Of a stretch of 64,000 nucleotides of DNA, positions 1-12,799 are shown one piece after another. Positions within the stretch are counted from its first letter, which is position 1; every line of letters begins with the position of its first letter. Source of the stretch: Camelus ferus. Lineage: Eukaryota. A program made the translations under genes and the position numbers. The notes beneath the pieces are model-generated. The model was given only the letters and a program-made list of their open reading frames with translations. It made no database searches and had not been told where the DNA came from. Location: assembly GCF_009834535.1 (NCBI RefSeq), contig NC_045697.1:74712001-74776000 (forward strand), in the 5' to 3' direction.

Positions 1-826
1 TATTTTAAATAAATGAAGAAGATTATGAGAAAATGTAAATGGCATGAAAGACAACATGACATTTTCGTTTAATCCTATTGATGTTCCTCTACCTACTCAA
101 AAATATGCTTCCATCTATGACATTTTATCCCCTGAAGACAGAAACAAAGGCTTTGAAGAAAGGTGGTTTTTTTTACATCTTTACACTGTAAAGGCTACTG
201 GTATTCACTGTTATGTGATTTATGATCTCTAAAATAAGGATGAAGGATGACAAGCACAGAAAAGCTAAAACTTCTCATGAGCTAATGGATTTAATCTTAT
301 TGACAGAGCAATTGCAATTCTATCCTTTTATAGTACAATTGAAAGTAAAAAAAAGTAAAATGATGAAAATGGAAATTTGTCTTCTGGGTCACCAGCTTCT
401 CTCTTCTTCAGTTCTTTTAGAAAGCAAAGGAAGGACATATATGGGTAGAGAGGGAAATGTGGAGATCAGAAGGAACATCCTCCAGTTACTACTATCCTGA
501 TGCCAAAGAACTACTCTACTTGTGGCTTATGGAGTCCTCTGGAATGGCTGGGAGCACAAGGCCATGCGTAACATCACTTTACAGGATGCAGAGCAATACC
601 AATCGTAGTATAGTTATGTCCTCTGGTACTTCTGGATATTCCCTTAATACTCTACCCTCTCTCCATAGTGTAAACTCCTTTCTTTCTTCTTTCCCAAGTA
701 CCCTAAATGAGTACTAAATAATTTTAGGAACTTTAGTAATTTCCCAGTTAGTGTTAATGTTGATTTAGTATTTAATTCCTATTTTTCCCTTTATTTTTAA
801 AGTACTTATATGACCTCCAAGACTTC

Positions 827-1380
827 TGTGACAACCAACCTCTAAGATGACCCCCAATGTCCCCAGACTCCTGAGATTCACATTCTTGTGTAGTCCTCTC
901 CCACAATGAATAGAGTTAATGGCTGACCTCTGTATCCAAGAAGATACAGCAGAAACGACAATGTGGGGTTCCTGAGGCTAGGTCATAAAAGGCATTGCAA
1001 CTTCCACTTTGCTTTCTTTCATCTCTCAGATTGCTCACTCAGTCACTCAGAGAGAAGCCAACCACCATGTTGTGGGAATAGTTAAGAGGTCTGTGTCAAG
1101 GCCCTCAAGGTAGGGAGGAAATAAGCCTCCTGTCAATAACCGGCACCAAATGAGTGAGCTATCTTAGAAATAGCTCTTGTAGTCCCAGCCAAGCTTTCAG
1201 ATGACTACAGTCTCAGCTGATATTCTCACTGCAGTGGCATGAGATCCTGAGCTAAAACCACCCAACTAAACCATTCCTGAATTCCTGACCCAGGGAAATT
1301 ATGTACACTGATAAATACTTATGGTTGTTTAAAGCTGCTAAGTGTTGAGGTAATTCGTTAAGTTAACAATAATTCATACT
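827..1380 (+). mobile_element. MaLR (MLT1-type) solo LTR
   Basis: Starts TGTGACAACCAACCTCTAAGATGACCCCCA and has an MLT1-like 3' end (GCTGCTAAGTGTTGAGGTAATTCGTTA). Flanked by ACTTC/ATTTC, a possible 5-bp TSD. Subfamily uncertain. Confidence 0.7.
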
Positions 1381-1505
1381 ATTTCTTCTCACAGAGACAA
1401 AGAAATACAAACAAGTATGCTACTACTAGACAAAGCACCTTCATTAGTAACATAATATTGTTGCTATATGAGAGGTTCACAACTCAAGCCAAGTAAATAA
1501 CACAG

Positions 1506-1830
1506 AATTTTTTAAAAATTTGAAGTGTAATTTACATAGGTGAAATGCACACTCTTAAGTGTATATGTCAGTGAATTTTGACAAGTTTTTCAAGAACATT
1601 CACCATGTAAGTAATACCCTAATCAAGATGTAAAAATTTCCATTCCCCAGATAGTTCTCTCAAGGTTATTTTGAATCAGTTTTTGTATTGCCCTCTTCCC
1701 CAACCAGAGTCAAGCACTGTTTTTATATCTATCACTGAAGATGAGTTTTGATTCTTGTAGAACTTCATAGAAATAGCAGAATGTAATTTTTGTGTCTGAC
1801 TTCTTTTGCTCACAATTGGTTTTCAATCTT
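1506..1830 (-). mobile_element. Old L1 3' end fragment
   Basis: T-run followed by TTGAAGTGTAATTTACATAGGTGAAATGCACACTCTTAAGTGTA, typical of an antisense L1M 3' UTR. Boundaries approximate. Confidence 0.65.
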
Positions 1831-2977
1831 TATACAAATTTGATCCAGGGTGAATTAAAATAAAGTATTTTTTCATAGATAAAAATGATTATAGTTGGTT
1901 TTCAATTTCAATGTCACTAGCTTTCACAGAGAACTATTTTTTAGCCTCGATGGCTTATAAATTAAAGTGTAAATTTAAACTGATAAGCAAAGAGTAATAT
2001 GCTCTTAAAAAATAAAATCGAAGACATGTGACGTGCAAAAATTATAACTATAAAAATATATTTATTAAATAAGGTTCAGATATTTCTAAATATATAGAAA
2101 AGTCGCTTTTATTACCATGGTCAGCTTAGACTTTTCTAAAAGAGCAAGTGAGACAATGGTGTACTTGGTATCTGTATCTTTTATCCCAGAGATCACTTAA
2201 AACCAAATCATTTAAAGTAGCAAGGAAAGTACTTTTATTCAATTTATTTGTTTTGCTGCTATTAAATTACTACCACTTAGTAAGATACACATTTTTCCTC
2301 CACTGAAAGAGATTTATTTTCATCTAGAATATAGCATTGATTAAAAAGTACTGACCAATAATAAGAATATTTCTTTAAACTAGAATGTATGATTACAAAC
2401 CTATCAAGACCCACGGCAAGCATTTTTCATTGGTTTAGTACTTTATTCATTAAAGAAATATTTTTCATGATTTTATGATAATTTCAGAAAATCTGTGAAG
2501 AAGCTCATTTGTATAAAGTTTAGACCAAACACTTTTCTTCCAAAAATGCCTGAGATAGAAAGTAAATTTCATGAGTCATTGAAATGACTGAACTTAAACT
2601 GTATCATTAGATTCCACCTGATATTATTTCTCTCTATTCTTCAACCTGGCCTTTACTTAACGCAGTTCACTGTGACCCCTGGAACACCAGTTCCTGTGAG
2701 AAGTTACCACGTACTTCTCTCAGGAAAATACTCTTAATCTCAGCTAGAGAAATGCTGAGTACTACAAAGATTTCAGATTTTCATATATATCCCTGTTAGT
2801 AATTTTTTTGTCAAGTACTTTGAAGAATGCCTACATCACAAAAGTTGAACACTGGGCAATATCAATGTTGAATTTCTATGAGGTCTATGAATTAAATGTC
2901 CTAAAATAAAAATTTGCACCTGGATTTTATTATTAAATAAGTAACAGAAGAAACTAAAACCCTGCAGTTTCTAGTTA

Positions 2978-3157
<180 letters not shown>

Positions 3158-4659
3158 CTATTAACACAATGTTTTAATAACAAAATAATATACCCCACTA
3201 AAGATATTAACATATAATACAAATGATATTTTAAAAGAGCTTTCCAAATTCTGTATTAACTACATAACAAGCAAATATATAGAATAACAAGATAAACATG
3301 TAATAAAAAATACATTAAATACCAATTTCTTTTTATCTTTTGTTTTTCTCTAGAATTTCTCCCATGTACATCAGGAAATACAGCTGGAAAGGTTTACCTT
3401 TGGCAAAAAGAAGCGATCATTCCTCTCACACAGACTAGAAGGAAAGCTTGGATAAATATATAAAGAAATTTTGAGGTGAAGGAGAAATTGGGGGCTAGGG
3501 ACAAATTGTCTTGACTGTCTGGTTCAAACATGAGGCCTTTGAAACTGAGTTCAGAAACTTGAGAAAGTGAGTTCAGAAACAAGTCTGAATCATGACTATG
3601 GAGAAAACACAGAAAATCAACTTGGGATTGTTTGTAATATCATGGGACCTGCTGAGGTTAGTAATAATATAAAGTTTTGCTGTGCACAATCTATATTATG
3701 ATGTAATTTTTATTTTCCAACAGATCAACTGTCTAAAAATAAGACAGCACAGTTTTGAAGGTCTACACATTTAAAAAAATCTAATATAATCATCAGTTAT
3801 CCATAGTGACTAACACATTGTCTGATACAGTAGTAGATCAACAAACTTTTTTTCTTTTTAAAAGAATAGGTGTAAGAGAAGTGAAAGAAAAGTACAACTG
3901 GGCTCACAAGTGATTGAGAATTTGATAAGTTTATTTCGGGAGAGATCAAGTTTTTTTAAAAGAAATTGGGGTACTACGAATACCCTTGTAAAATGAGTTC
4001 TAAGCTAAGGAAGAAGGTTAACACAAAAGACAGATGGCTGACCAAGACAAGATACAGAAGTAAAGGTGCGAGGAGACTGGGAATAGTGATAAATGCAAAG
4101 AATTTTGGTGAAAATGAAAAATGGCACAGGTAGAAAAATGAGAGCAGAAGATGGGAAAGGAGAGTATCTGAGTAGCTGGTCTAGTAAAAGGAGTAACTCT
4201 CAGTAACAACTGGTTCAAGGTATGGTCTTGCCTGCTGGGAGCAGAGATGAAGGACAATGGTATACAGGCAATCATGTGACCTGTGAGGGCAGGATATTGA
4301 TGGGTCACATCTTGGAAGCTGAAACTGTCTGAGGTGATGGCATTATACAGAATGATCTGAAACATAAAAATTAGAAACATTCTAAATGAAAGCTATCACT
4401 TTCAGGTAAAAAAAACTCCAAGTAATCTAAGCAAAAGCTTAAAAAAATTAAATTTGAAAGAACATTTAATGAGGGGAAAAAAAAGGAAAAGAGAATAGGA
4501 AAGAAAATCATGACATAAAAGTTCTAGTTCTTTTATTCAGTAAAGAAATGAGCATGCAAAGTTGAATTCCAAGCAATTTAGTACAACTGTGAAGTTCTAG
4601 AAAGAAAGAGGAAATAACACTGTCAGAAAACCAAAATGGGAAGATGCACTCCTTTGCTT

Positions 4660-5900
4660 TCCATCTTACCACATTTTGTCAGTTTTCCTTACATTTATTT
4701 GGCTACCTCTCCTCAGTCGCCTTTGTAGACTGGTAACTCTTCTACCCAAATTTAAATGCTTCTAGTTACTCCACCTCTGATTCTAGGTCTTCAGACTGTG
4801 TTTTCTCCTTATTTACTCCCAAGGCTGAAAAACTCTTAAATTTCATCTCAAGCCCAGACTCTGTTCTGAACTCTAGGCTTTTACAGTCAATCTCTTACTT
4901 TAAAATAAAAATCATGTCAAACTCAACACAACTCAAACTGAATTTATAGTTTGCTCCTTAAGCCTATTCTGTTTAGTACTGTTTCAGTAAATGGTACCAC
5001 TATCCTGCCAGCTGCTCCAGCTACAAATTTAGAAATAATCTCTCTCTCTCAAATCCAAACAAAAAGCCCTGCTATTTCTACCTCCCAAATGTTTGCAGAA
5101 TCTGTAAAGTTTGCTCCATCTGCCAAAATCTGGGTCCACGCCAACATCATCTCTCATTAGATTACTACGAAAATCTCTTAACTGATCTTCTCATATGAAT
5201 TCTTATTCCCCTCCAACATTTTTTGTTATTTTGTCTGTCACTTGCCAACTCCCTGTTCACTGGTCTTCCTTTACTTTTCCTACCTTAAAGTACTAGCACA
5301 TGGATTCTCATTGCCTAAAACCATCTTCCCCATTCCTTATTCTAGTTACCTCCTATCATGAAACATAGTGGTTAAGAGCACGACTATTCTGTCTGGGCTC
5401 AAATTCCAAGTACAACACTCATCAGTTACGTGACCTTGGGGAAGTTCTGCTAACCTCTCTATGCCAATGGTTTCCTCTTCTGTAAAATGAAGAAAACAAC
5501 AGTGCCTACCTCATAGAGCTGTTGTGAGGTTGATACGAGTTAATACATAATACAGACCTAGAACAGTGCATGGTACATAGCAATCCTTAAGTGTTAGTTA
5601 TTATTATTATTATTATTATTCATTACTCAGTTAAATGTGATTTCCTCAAGGAACACTTTCCTAATTCCCCCAAATCAATTTGCTCCTCCTATAATCTAAT
5701 CTATTCCACACTGAACTTTTCTTTTGTAGCACTTTTTTCAACTCCCAAGGATCTTTATACATTTTTATCTGATGTCTTTGTTTTCCACTAGATAATACAT
5801 TTCATGATGGCAGGAAGGTCTTGTTCAACATGTATCACCAGTTTTTAGAGCAGTACCTCAAACATATAAGCATCTAATTTAAAAATACTTGTTAAATGAG
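4660..5900 (+). mobile_element. Degraded L2 with nested MIR (about 5362-5620)
   Basis: L2-like pyrimidine-rich body and tail. MIR motifs CATAGTGGTTAAGAGCAC, GTGACCTTGGGGAAGTT and TTTCCTCTTCTGTAAAATG, ending in (TTA)n. Confidence 0.65.
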
Positions 5901-7011
5901 TTAACTTAGCAAAAACTCAATGTGGCCATTAGAAATGAATGTATCTCATATAATAATAGTCATTATCTAAATGGAAATCTGTCCAGTGTGGAAAAGTATC
6001 TGCCAGTGTTGTAAACTAGGCATAACAATACCTCAATAGCACTGATTTTAATGTAAAACAAAACCATCAGAAATTGTTAAAATGTATATACTCCATTAAT
6101 TAATAATTTTAAATTAGATATTCATAAGTCTCCATATCTGTGAGAGATTTTCAAAGTGTTCGGCATTAGCCTAAAATTTGTCATGCTTAAAATGATTTAG
6201 AAAAAAAAAATTAGCAGGCTTCTTTAGGAAACTCCTTCAAACTATCATAAACCAGAGTTTGCCAAAGCTTCAGGATCCTATGGAACTGTGAAGTATTATT
6301 TAAATACAGCAGAACCATAATCCTTGGCAGAATATCAATTATTCTCCCAGAGGTAATGGAGTATATGCCAAAACAAAGTTTCCAAAATGAAGCACTTTTT
6401 TCAAAAAAATCATTAGAGAGTCTTCATCCTGAAACTCTGGACTGCTGTTTGAAAATAACTTCTGTTTGTTATAAAAACAACATAGTTTCACAGAATAAAA
6501 TATGACAAAAATATTTGGGAATCATACCATGCCAAATGTAAGTCAGCAATGTACTGGCATTATTTATAAAGAACAAATGTGATATCAAGATGAACTTTAA
6601 AGAGTGGAACATACAAGAATCGTGAAATAATCTTTGTTCTAACAAATATTTGATGAATGCCAAGTGTCACTGAAGTATATGTATAGCCTGAATTGTATGT
6701 TTTAATTCAAAGCTAAGAAATAGAAGATAGTATAGTATTAAGCAAAACAGACAATAAAGTAGTGGAATGAGGAGAGGGACTAAAGAAAGATTAAAAAAAA
6801 CTTTTTAACTTAGAGAGAGATAAATTGTGAATGTGTTAAGATAATATGAAAGGTTACTAGCATATAGTTACTGCATCATTCTTTTGCTATTCACAGAAAG
6901 AACTGAGACTAGCTCATCACCTTTTAAATAAAATATCTAAATAAATATTTATACAGTAAAACTGATAAAGAAAAATTCGGTACCTATAAAAGAGTACTGT
7001 TACTAGGTCAC

Positions 7012-7416
7012 TGTGATGGTTAGTTTTATGAATCAGCATAGCTGGGCTATAGTCTCCAGTTATTCAAACACTAATCTAGGTGTTACTGTGAAAGCATTTG
7101 ATAAATGATTAAAATCTACAATTAGTTTACTTTATGTAAGGAAGATTATCCTAGATAATCTGGGTGATCCTGATTCAATCAGCTGTAAAAGCCTGAAGAG
7201 CAGAATGGAGTCTTCTCTAAAGAAGAAGAAACTGCACTTAGACTGTGACTTCAGCTCTTGTCTAAAACTTCAGCTTATCCTTGGTGACCTGCCCTACGGA
7301 TTTCAGATTTGCCTACTCAGCCCTCACAATCATCGAAACCAATTCCAAGCAATTAATCTAGCTAGCTAGCTATCTCCTACTCAACTGTTTCTTTAATGGA
7401 ACTCTAAGCTGATAAA
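7012..7416 (+). mobile_element. MLT2-type (ERVL) solo LTR
   Basis: Starts TGTGATGGTTAGTTTTATG; internal CTAATCTAGGTGTTACTGTGAA and GATTATCCTAGATAATCTGGGTG are MLT2-like. Confidence 0.75.
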
Positions 7417-9771
7417 AACACTAAGGTTAAAATGTACGTGTAGCAAGACATACAGAATAAATTATTTTATAGGTTCTTAACAATTGTATTATTCTCCACC
7501 TAAATTTCAAATCTGTTACTTAAAATAATATTGTTGTTGATCTCCCTAGCAATAACCCAAAACATTTCTGGGTAATCAATACCAAATAAAATGGAATGTA
7601 TTACCATTTATTAATCCTTACTCTGCTTCTAAAACTGCTGAGATTTCAAGTTCAAAAGAAAAAGATAAAATTTAACTTAAGTATTTTCATGCTTTATTAG
7701 CCTTTTTTCTTTTAAAGATATTTTACTCAACTTCTTTTTTAATAAATCAAGTTATCAAATTCTAAGGTGCACTATTCTTGAGATTAAATACATCATCCTG
7801 CTGAGTTAGCAAGAAACTAACATCATCTTGAATTAGTTTTGAATGATCTATAGGACACAGGTGAAAGCCTGACTTCTGCGCTAACCTAATATGTGAAAAC
7901 ATAATGTTAATAAAGCAGACCATACCTCACATGTTACTCTAAGGAAGAAGGGGAAGGTGAGGTGGTGGGGGACTAACAATGACAAGATGTGAGATATCTG
8001 CATAGCAAGAACAGAATAAAGGTGGAAAAGGAACCAAAATCAAAATTCTTTGAGGAGACTATTAAGTAGAGTCCAAACCAAAATCATGTGCTATTACATC
8101 ACTGAGAAATGTTATTGTTCACTAAGGAGACTGTTCAATAGAGCCTTTTCAAATTTTTCAAGCTAAATGCAATGGAAGTAACTGGGATGTTGTGGAATAA
8201 ACAGACCTTTATATCAACACTTATTCTAATTTAGTTTTTTATTCCTTATGCATATAACTTTTCAGGACAATAAACATTGCTGATAGTTAAAAAAAAAAAA
8301 AGCAAATTCCCTAACTTTCCTACAATCACGTATATTTTCATTCCAGCCAGCCAAATTTAAGATACATAAATGTTATATACATCCATGACCTATGCTACCC
8401 TAGAAGAGAGGACCGCTGAGATCTAGGAATAGGGCAAGCAGGGGAAACAGAGAACCAGCAACATGGTGGATGGGCCTAAAGGGACTACCCAGATGGTTGA
8501 GCCCACTTCAACACTTACAGAGTCTAACAGTGCCTAAGGGGATCAGTTCCTGACACTGATAACTAAAAAGAAGGTTCCTATGCAAAGTTAGCAGTAGTGC
8601 TCCCCAGAGGGATTGTGTCATTAGGTTTCTACTAGTTTAGTGTTTACAAGGGCTCATTTACATAAAGGGATGAAAAGAAGAAGCTCAAGAAATAGTTAGG
8701 ACTACTGAGTCAATTACTCCATGAAAAGAAAGTCTAGGCAAAACTGGACAGAGGCAAGACCCCAGTTATGTGAAGTCATGCTCCAAATAGGCTTCCAGAC
8801 ACAGTGGAAAGACGTAAGTAGCACTTCAGGATATAAGAATGAAGAACTTTTAAGAACTGAATAAAATGATAAGAGTTTGGGAAGACGGGAAACACTCAAA
8901 ATTTGCAGATGTAAAACAAGACTAATTACGGTCACCTGCTATAAATGATAATAAGGCTCTACTATATTGCCAAGTTTGGAGTGATCTGGGAACTGGGCCA
9001 ACCCCCACAAGTGGAAATTCTTTAGAATTTGTAATTGGATGGTGGTGGTTGAGACATGTAGGGATTGACAGTATCTATCAATTATTTGGTTATATGAAAA
9101 ACCCAAATGATTTCTATAACTTACTTTAATGTCATGGAAACCATTTATCAAATAAAAACTTTCGCAAAAAGTTTTTTTGTTTTTTTTTTTTTTTTGTAAA
9201 CAACAACAGCAGCAAATTTGCCAAAAAAAGTTCCTGGGTTACTTAATTGCTCTGTGCCTTAATTTTCTTATATGTAAAATGAGAAGAATAATAATATCTA
9301 CCTCATGGTAATGGTATAAGGATTAAGTTAACTACAAAAATATGTAAAGTACTTAGAATACTGCCTAATACATAATAAACACTCAATAAATATTAGTCAT
9401 TAATAATATTTATTATAAAAACCATTTTCTACTCAAAGTCTATAAAACTTTCAGAATAACTATTTTCAGAATAACTACCTGAAAGTATCACTTAGCCTTT
9501 TTTCCAGCAAACAATAAAGAAAATATAGTTTGCTTTTTTTGAGGGTCTTTAATTTAGGTTGAAACACATGACAATTCCATTTTTAGAGGGAAAAAAACTG
9601 TACAATATAAGCAAGTATATAGGGTAAACCTTCACAGGTTATTTTGTTATTTATTTTGTCACTGAAATGAATTTAAAATAATTTTAGGAAATGGAACCTC
9701 AGCATGCAATTAAGCTTTCAAAAATAATTTTAAAATAATTAAAATATTGCCACCATAAGGATCTTCAAGGA

Positions 9772-10126
9772 TGCTATAGATTGAACATTGGTGTCTGCCC
9801 CAAATCCATATGTTGACACCTAATCCCCACTGTGATGGTGTTTGGGGGTGGGGCCTTTGGGAGGTAATTAGATCAGGAGGGTGGAGCTCTCATGAATGGG
9901 ACCAGTGCTCTTACAAAAGAGGCCTGAGAGAACCCCTTGACCCTCCCAGCATGTGAGGTTACAATGAGAAGATGGTTGTCAACCAGGAAGCAGGCATCAC
10001 CAAACATAGAATCTGCTGATGCCTTAATCTCAAACTTCCCAGCCTCCACAACTGTGAGAAATGTTTGTTGTTTATAAGCCACTCAGTTTATGGTGTTTAT
10101 TTTAGCAGCCAGAATAGACTAAGATA
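9772..10126 (+). mobile_element. MLT1A-type MaLR solo LTR
   Basis: TGCTATAGATTGAA...GGTGGGGCCTTTGGGAGGTAATTAG...TTGTTTATAAGCCACTCAGTTTATGG...GACTAAGATA. Confidence 0.85.
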
Positions 10127-10600
10127 TGGGACATGGAAGAACCTGACTATACTACTAAAAAGGCAGGAAACATCTTCCTAGTGAAATACTGACTTTTTAA
10201 CCAATAGGGTTCAACTTTTGTAAATGGAATCCTATATGAAAAGACTAATGCAGCTCCAAAGCGCTAAAAAATAAAAATTAGTGACTCTCTTTTCATTCTA
10301 AGAAACTTAGTCCAAATGATTACCTTCAATCATGAAATACATTCAAATACACAATTCTGAAGTTTCTAACATTAGAATTTTCATTTCCTTCTTAACAGAG
10401 GTGAAAAAATATGTTTCAGGATAGGTAGTTTCCCTGAAAGAGAAAATCAAAAATTCTGATTCTCAGATCAGACAAATATGAGTCATTTAAATGTAGTCAG
10501 GAAAACTCAAATGACTCAGTTTGGCTGGAGTGAAAGGTGAAGTCACACCTACACACACACACTTATTACTTTATATGTTTGCTATATATTTTATAACCTA

Positions 10601-10897
<297 letters not shown>

Positions 10898-11109
10898 TTA
10901 ACTAAACATTAAGCCAGTGTTTTCTTACCTTAAACATTATTAACTATACATAACTTGGAGGAAAATGACAATCTGTACACTTCACAGTAAAATATATCAG
11001 AGTTAAAAATTTCAAGATAATACCAAAGAGGAAAAATCACCCAGTTATAAATTTATATTGCAGCTCTAAATCAAAATCAATGATTTTCAATGGCATATAA
11101 AGGAAAAGA

Positions 11110-11284
11110 GGGGGGAGGGTATAGCTCAGTGGTAGAGTGCATGCCTAGCATGCACTAGGTGCTGGGTTCAAGCCCCAGTACCTCCATTAAATAAATAGAT
11201 GAATAAACCTAATTAACTCTTCCCCCCCAAAAGATTAATTTAAAAAATAATGAATAAAATAATACTAAATAAATTTAAAAAAAA
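11110..11284 (+). mobile_element. tRNA-derived SINE, camelid vic-1-like
   Basis: G-run head, A box TAGCTCAGTGG, B box GGTTCAAGCCC and an A-rich tail. Exact 13-bp TSD ATAAAGGAAAAGA at 11097-11109 and 11285-11297. Confidence 0.85.
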
Positions 11285-12799
11285 ATAAAGGAAAAGACAG
11301 AACACTCCCTCTTCAATGACGCTGGACAGCTTTAAGAATTAAGAAAGTTGGTTATTGCATATTCATACCAATAAGACTTTTCTCCTTACCTAAAGCTTGA
11401 ATAACCCACAGACTATAAAGAACTTTTCCTTTTCACAGAGTAGGGGAAGTCAGGAAAGAGGAAATAAGAACACCAACCAGAAACTTTAAATAATGAAGTC
11501 TAATAATAGTATTAAAAATTAAACTAAGTAACAAAAGGCACTATAATATTACTTAAATTAACTAATCAATTTTTGTTTTCATGCTAGGTGCTTTACAAGT
11601 ACTCTGTTTTAATCCTCTCTAAGATCTTGACAGATGTTATCACCTCTAGGTTAGACATAGATGTTCTATGTATAGATCCTGAGACATCCTAACAGCAGAT
11701 GGAAATGGAGCCCCAGAGTTGTATAATGGAGTCCCAGCTTAGAAATGAAGAAACTTGCTTCAAAATCTGAATCACATTACAGCAACCACAACAGAAAAGG
11801 TCCCCCAACAAATATATTTCTCTCTTCCAAGTGTCTCACTAAAAAGATATTCCATTGGTCAAGCAATGCATTCTTTCCTTCTCAGCTTTCATAATAAAAA
11901 TCTGGAATTCTAAATCAAGATAATAAACTGCTTTTCACATACGTCTGCCCAGAAACCTCATCAAAACATTAAAAAGAACTGTTTTCAAATGTATAAACTC
12001 AACAAGGAAGAGGACAGAAAAAGGCCAGGAGCTAATGAAAGACTTCAAGAAACTCCAGTAAAGCACTGTGCATATGGAAGAGTACTGCTACAGGAAACAG
12101 AAAGAAGGAAGCTACAGCCTATAACATACTCAGGAGGTTTGGTCAGCCTCTTCAGAGTCAGAGGCTTTGGATTCAGAGAAGGCAGGAACAATGGTGAACA
12201 GCAGTCAGAAGAACGTTTGAAATGAGAAAGATAATCCGAAGGGCTGAAGAACAGAAGAGTCAACTCTCCTTACCAGCACCCCAATACTGGCCAGTTGTTT
12301 AAGCTTCAAGCCAAAAAAAAAAAAAAAAAAAAGAGGCTCTTCCCTAAAGGGGGGAAAAGAACTGTGTGAGAATTACAATAAATAGCTGGTATAGGCACTG
12401 CTGACAAAAGCAAACTGCTTTTCTGGAATTTGTAAGATCCTAGTTAAGATCCATCGATCCAGCCATCCTAAAACAGGGTACACCCGATCAACAAGACTTT
12501 CCATATACGGAAACCTCCCAGGAAGCCTTTCTTAACTCTTAAATAATGAATTGTTCAGGAATCATCAGGTAGTTGAAGAGAGACTATAGCATAAAAAGCA
12601 AAAAATAAAACAAACTGAAAAAGAAATCTGCTCTGAGTCAACTGAAAAAAATTCATTAAAAAAAAACCAAACCAAAACCAACTCTAATATTTTTAGAAAC
12701 TTTTGAAAAGATAGTACATTCATTATATAAAATAGGAGGTATGGAAAAAACATATTTCAAGAAAGAATTAAAAAATAGTTGCCTATAGATATGAGAAGA

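Noticed and set aside
44..717. Three chained plus-strand ORFs
   Set aside because: No recognisable protein or splice structure; they are antisense within a TBCK intron.
9449..9477. 14-bp tandem duplication TTTCAGAATAACTA (a similar 13-bp pair lies at 54072-54104)
   Set aside because: Ordinary slippage duplications with no functional clue.
11110..11185. tRNA-like sequence
   Set aside because: It has an A-rich tail and TSD, so it is a SINE head rather than a tRNA gene.
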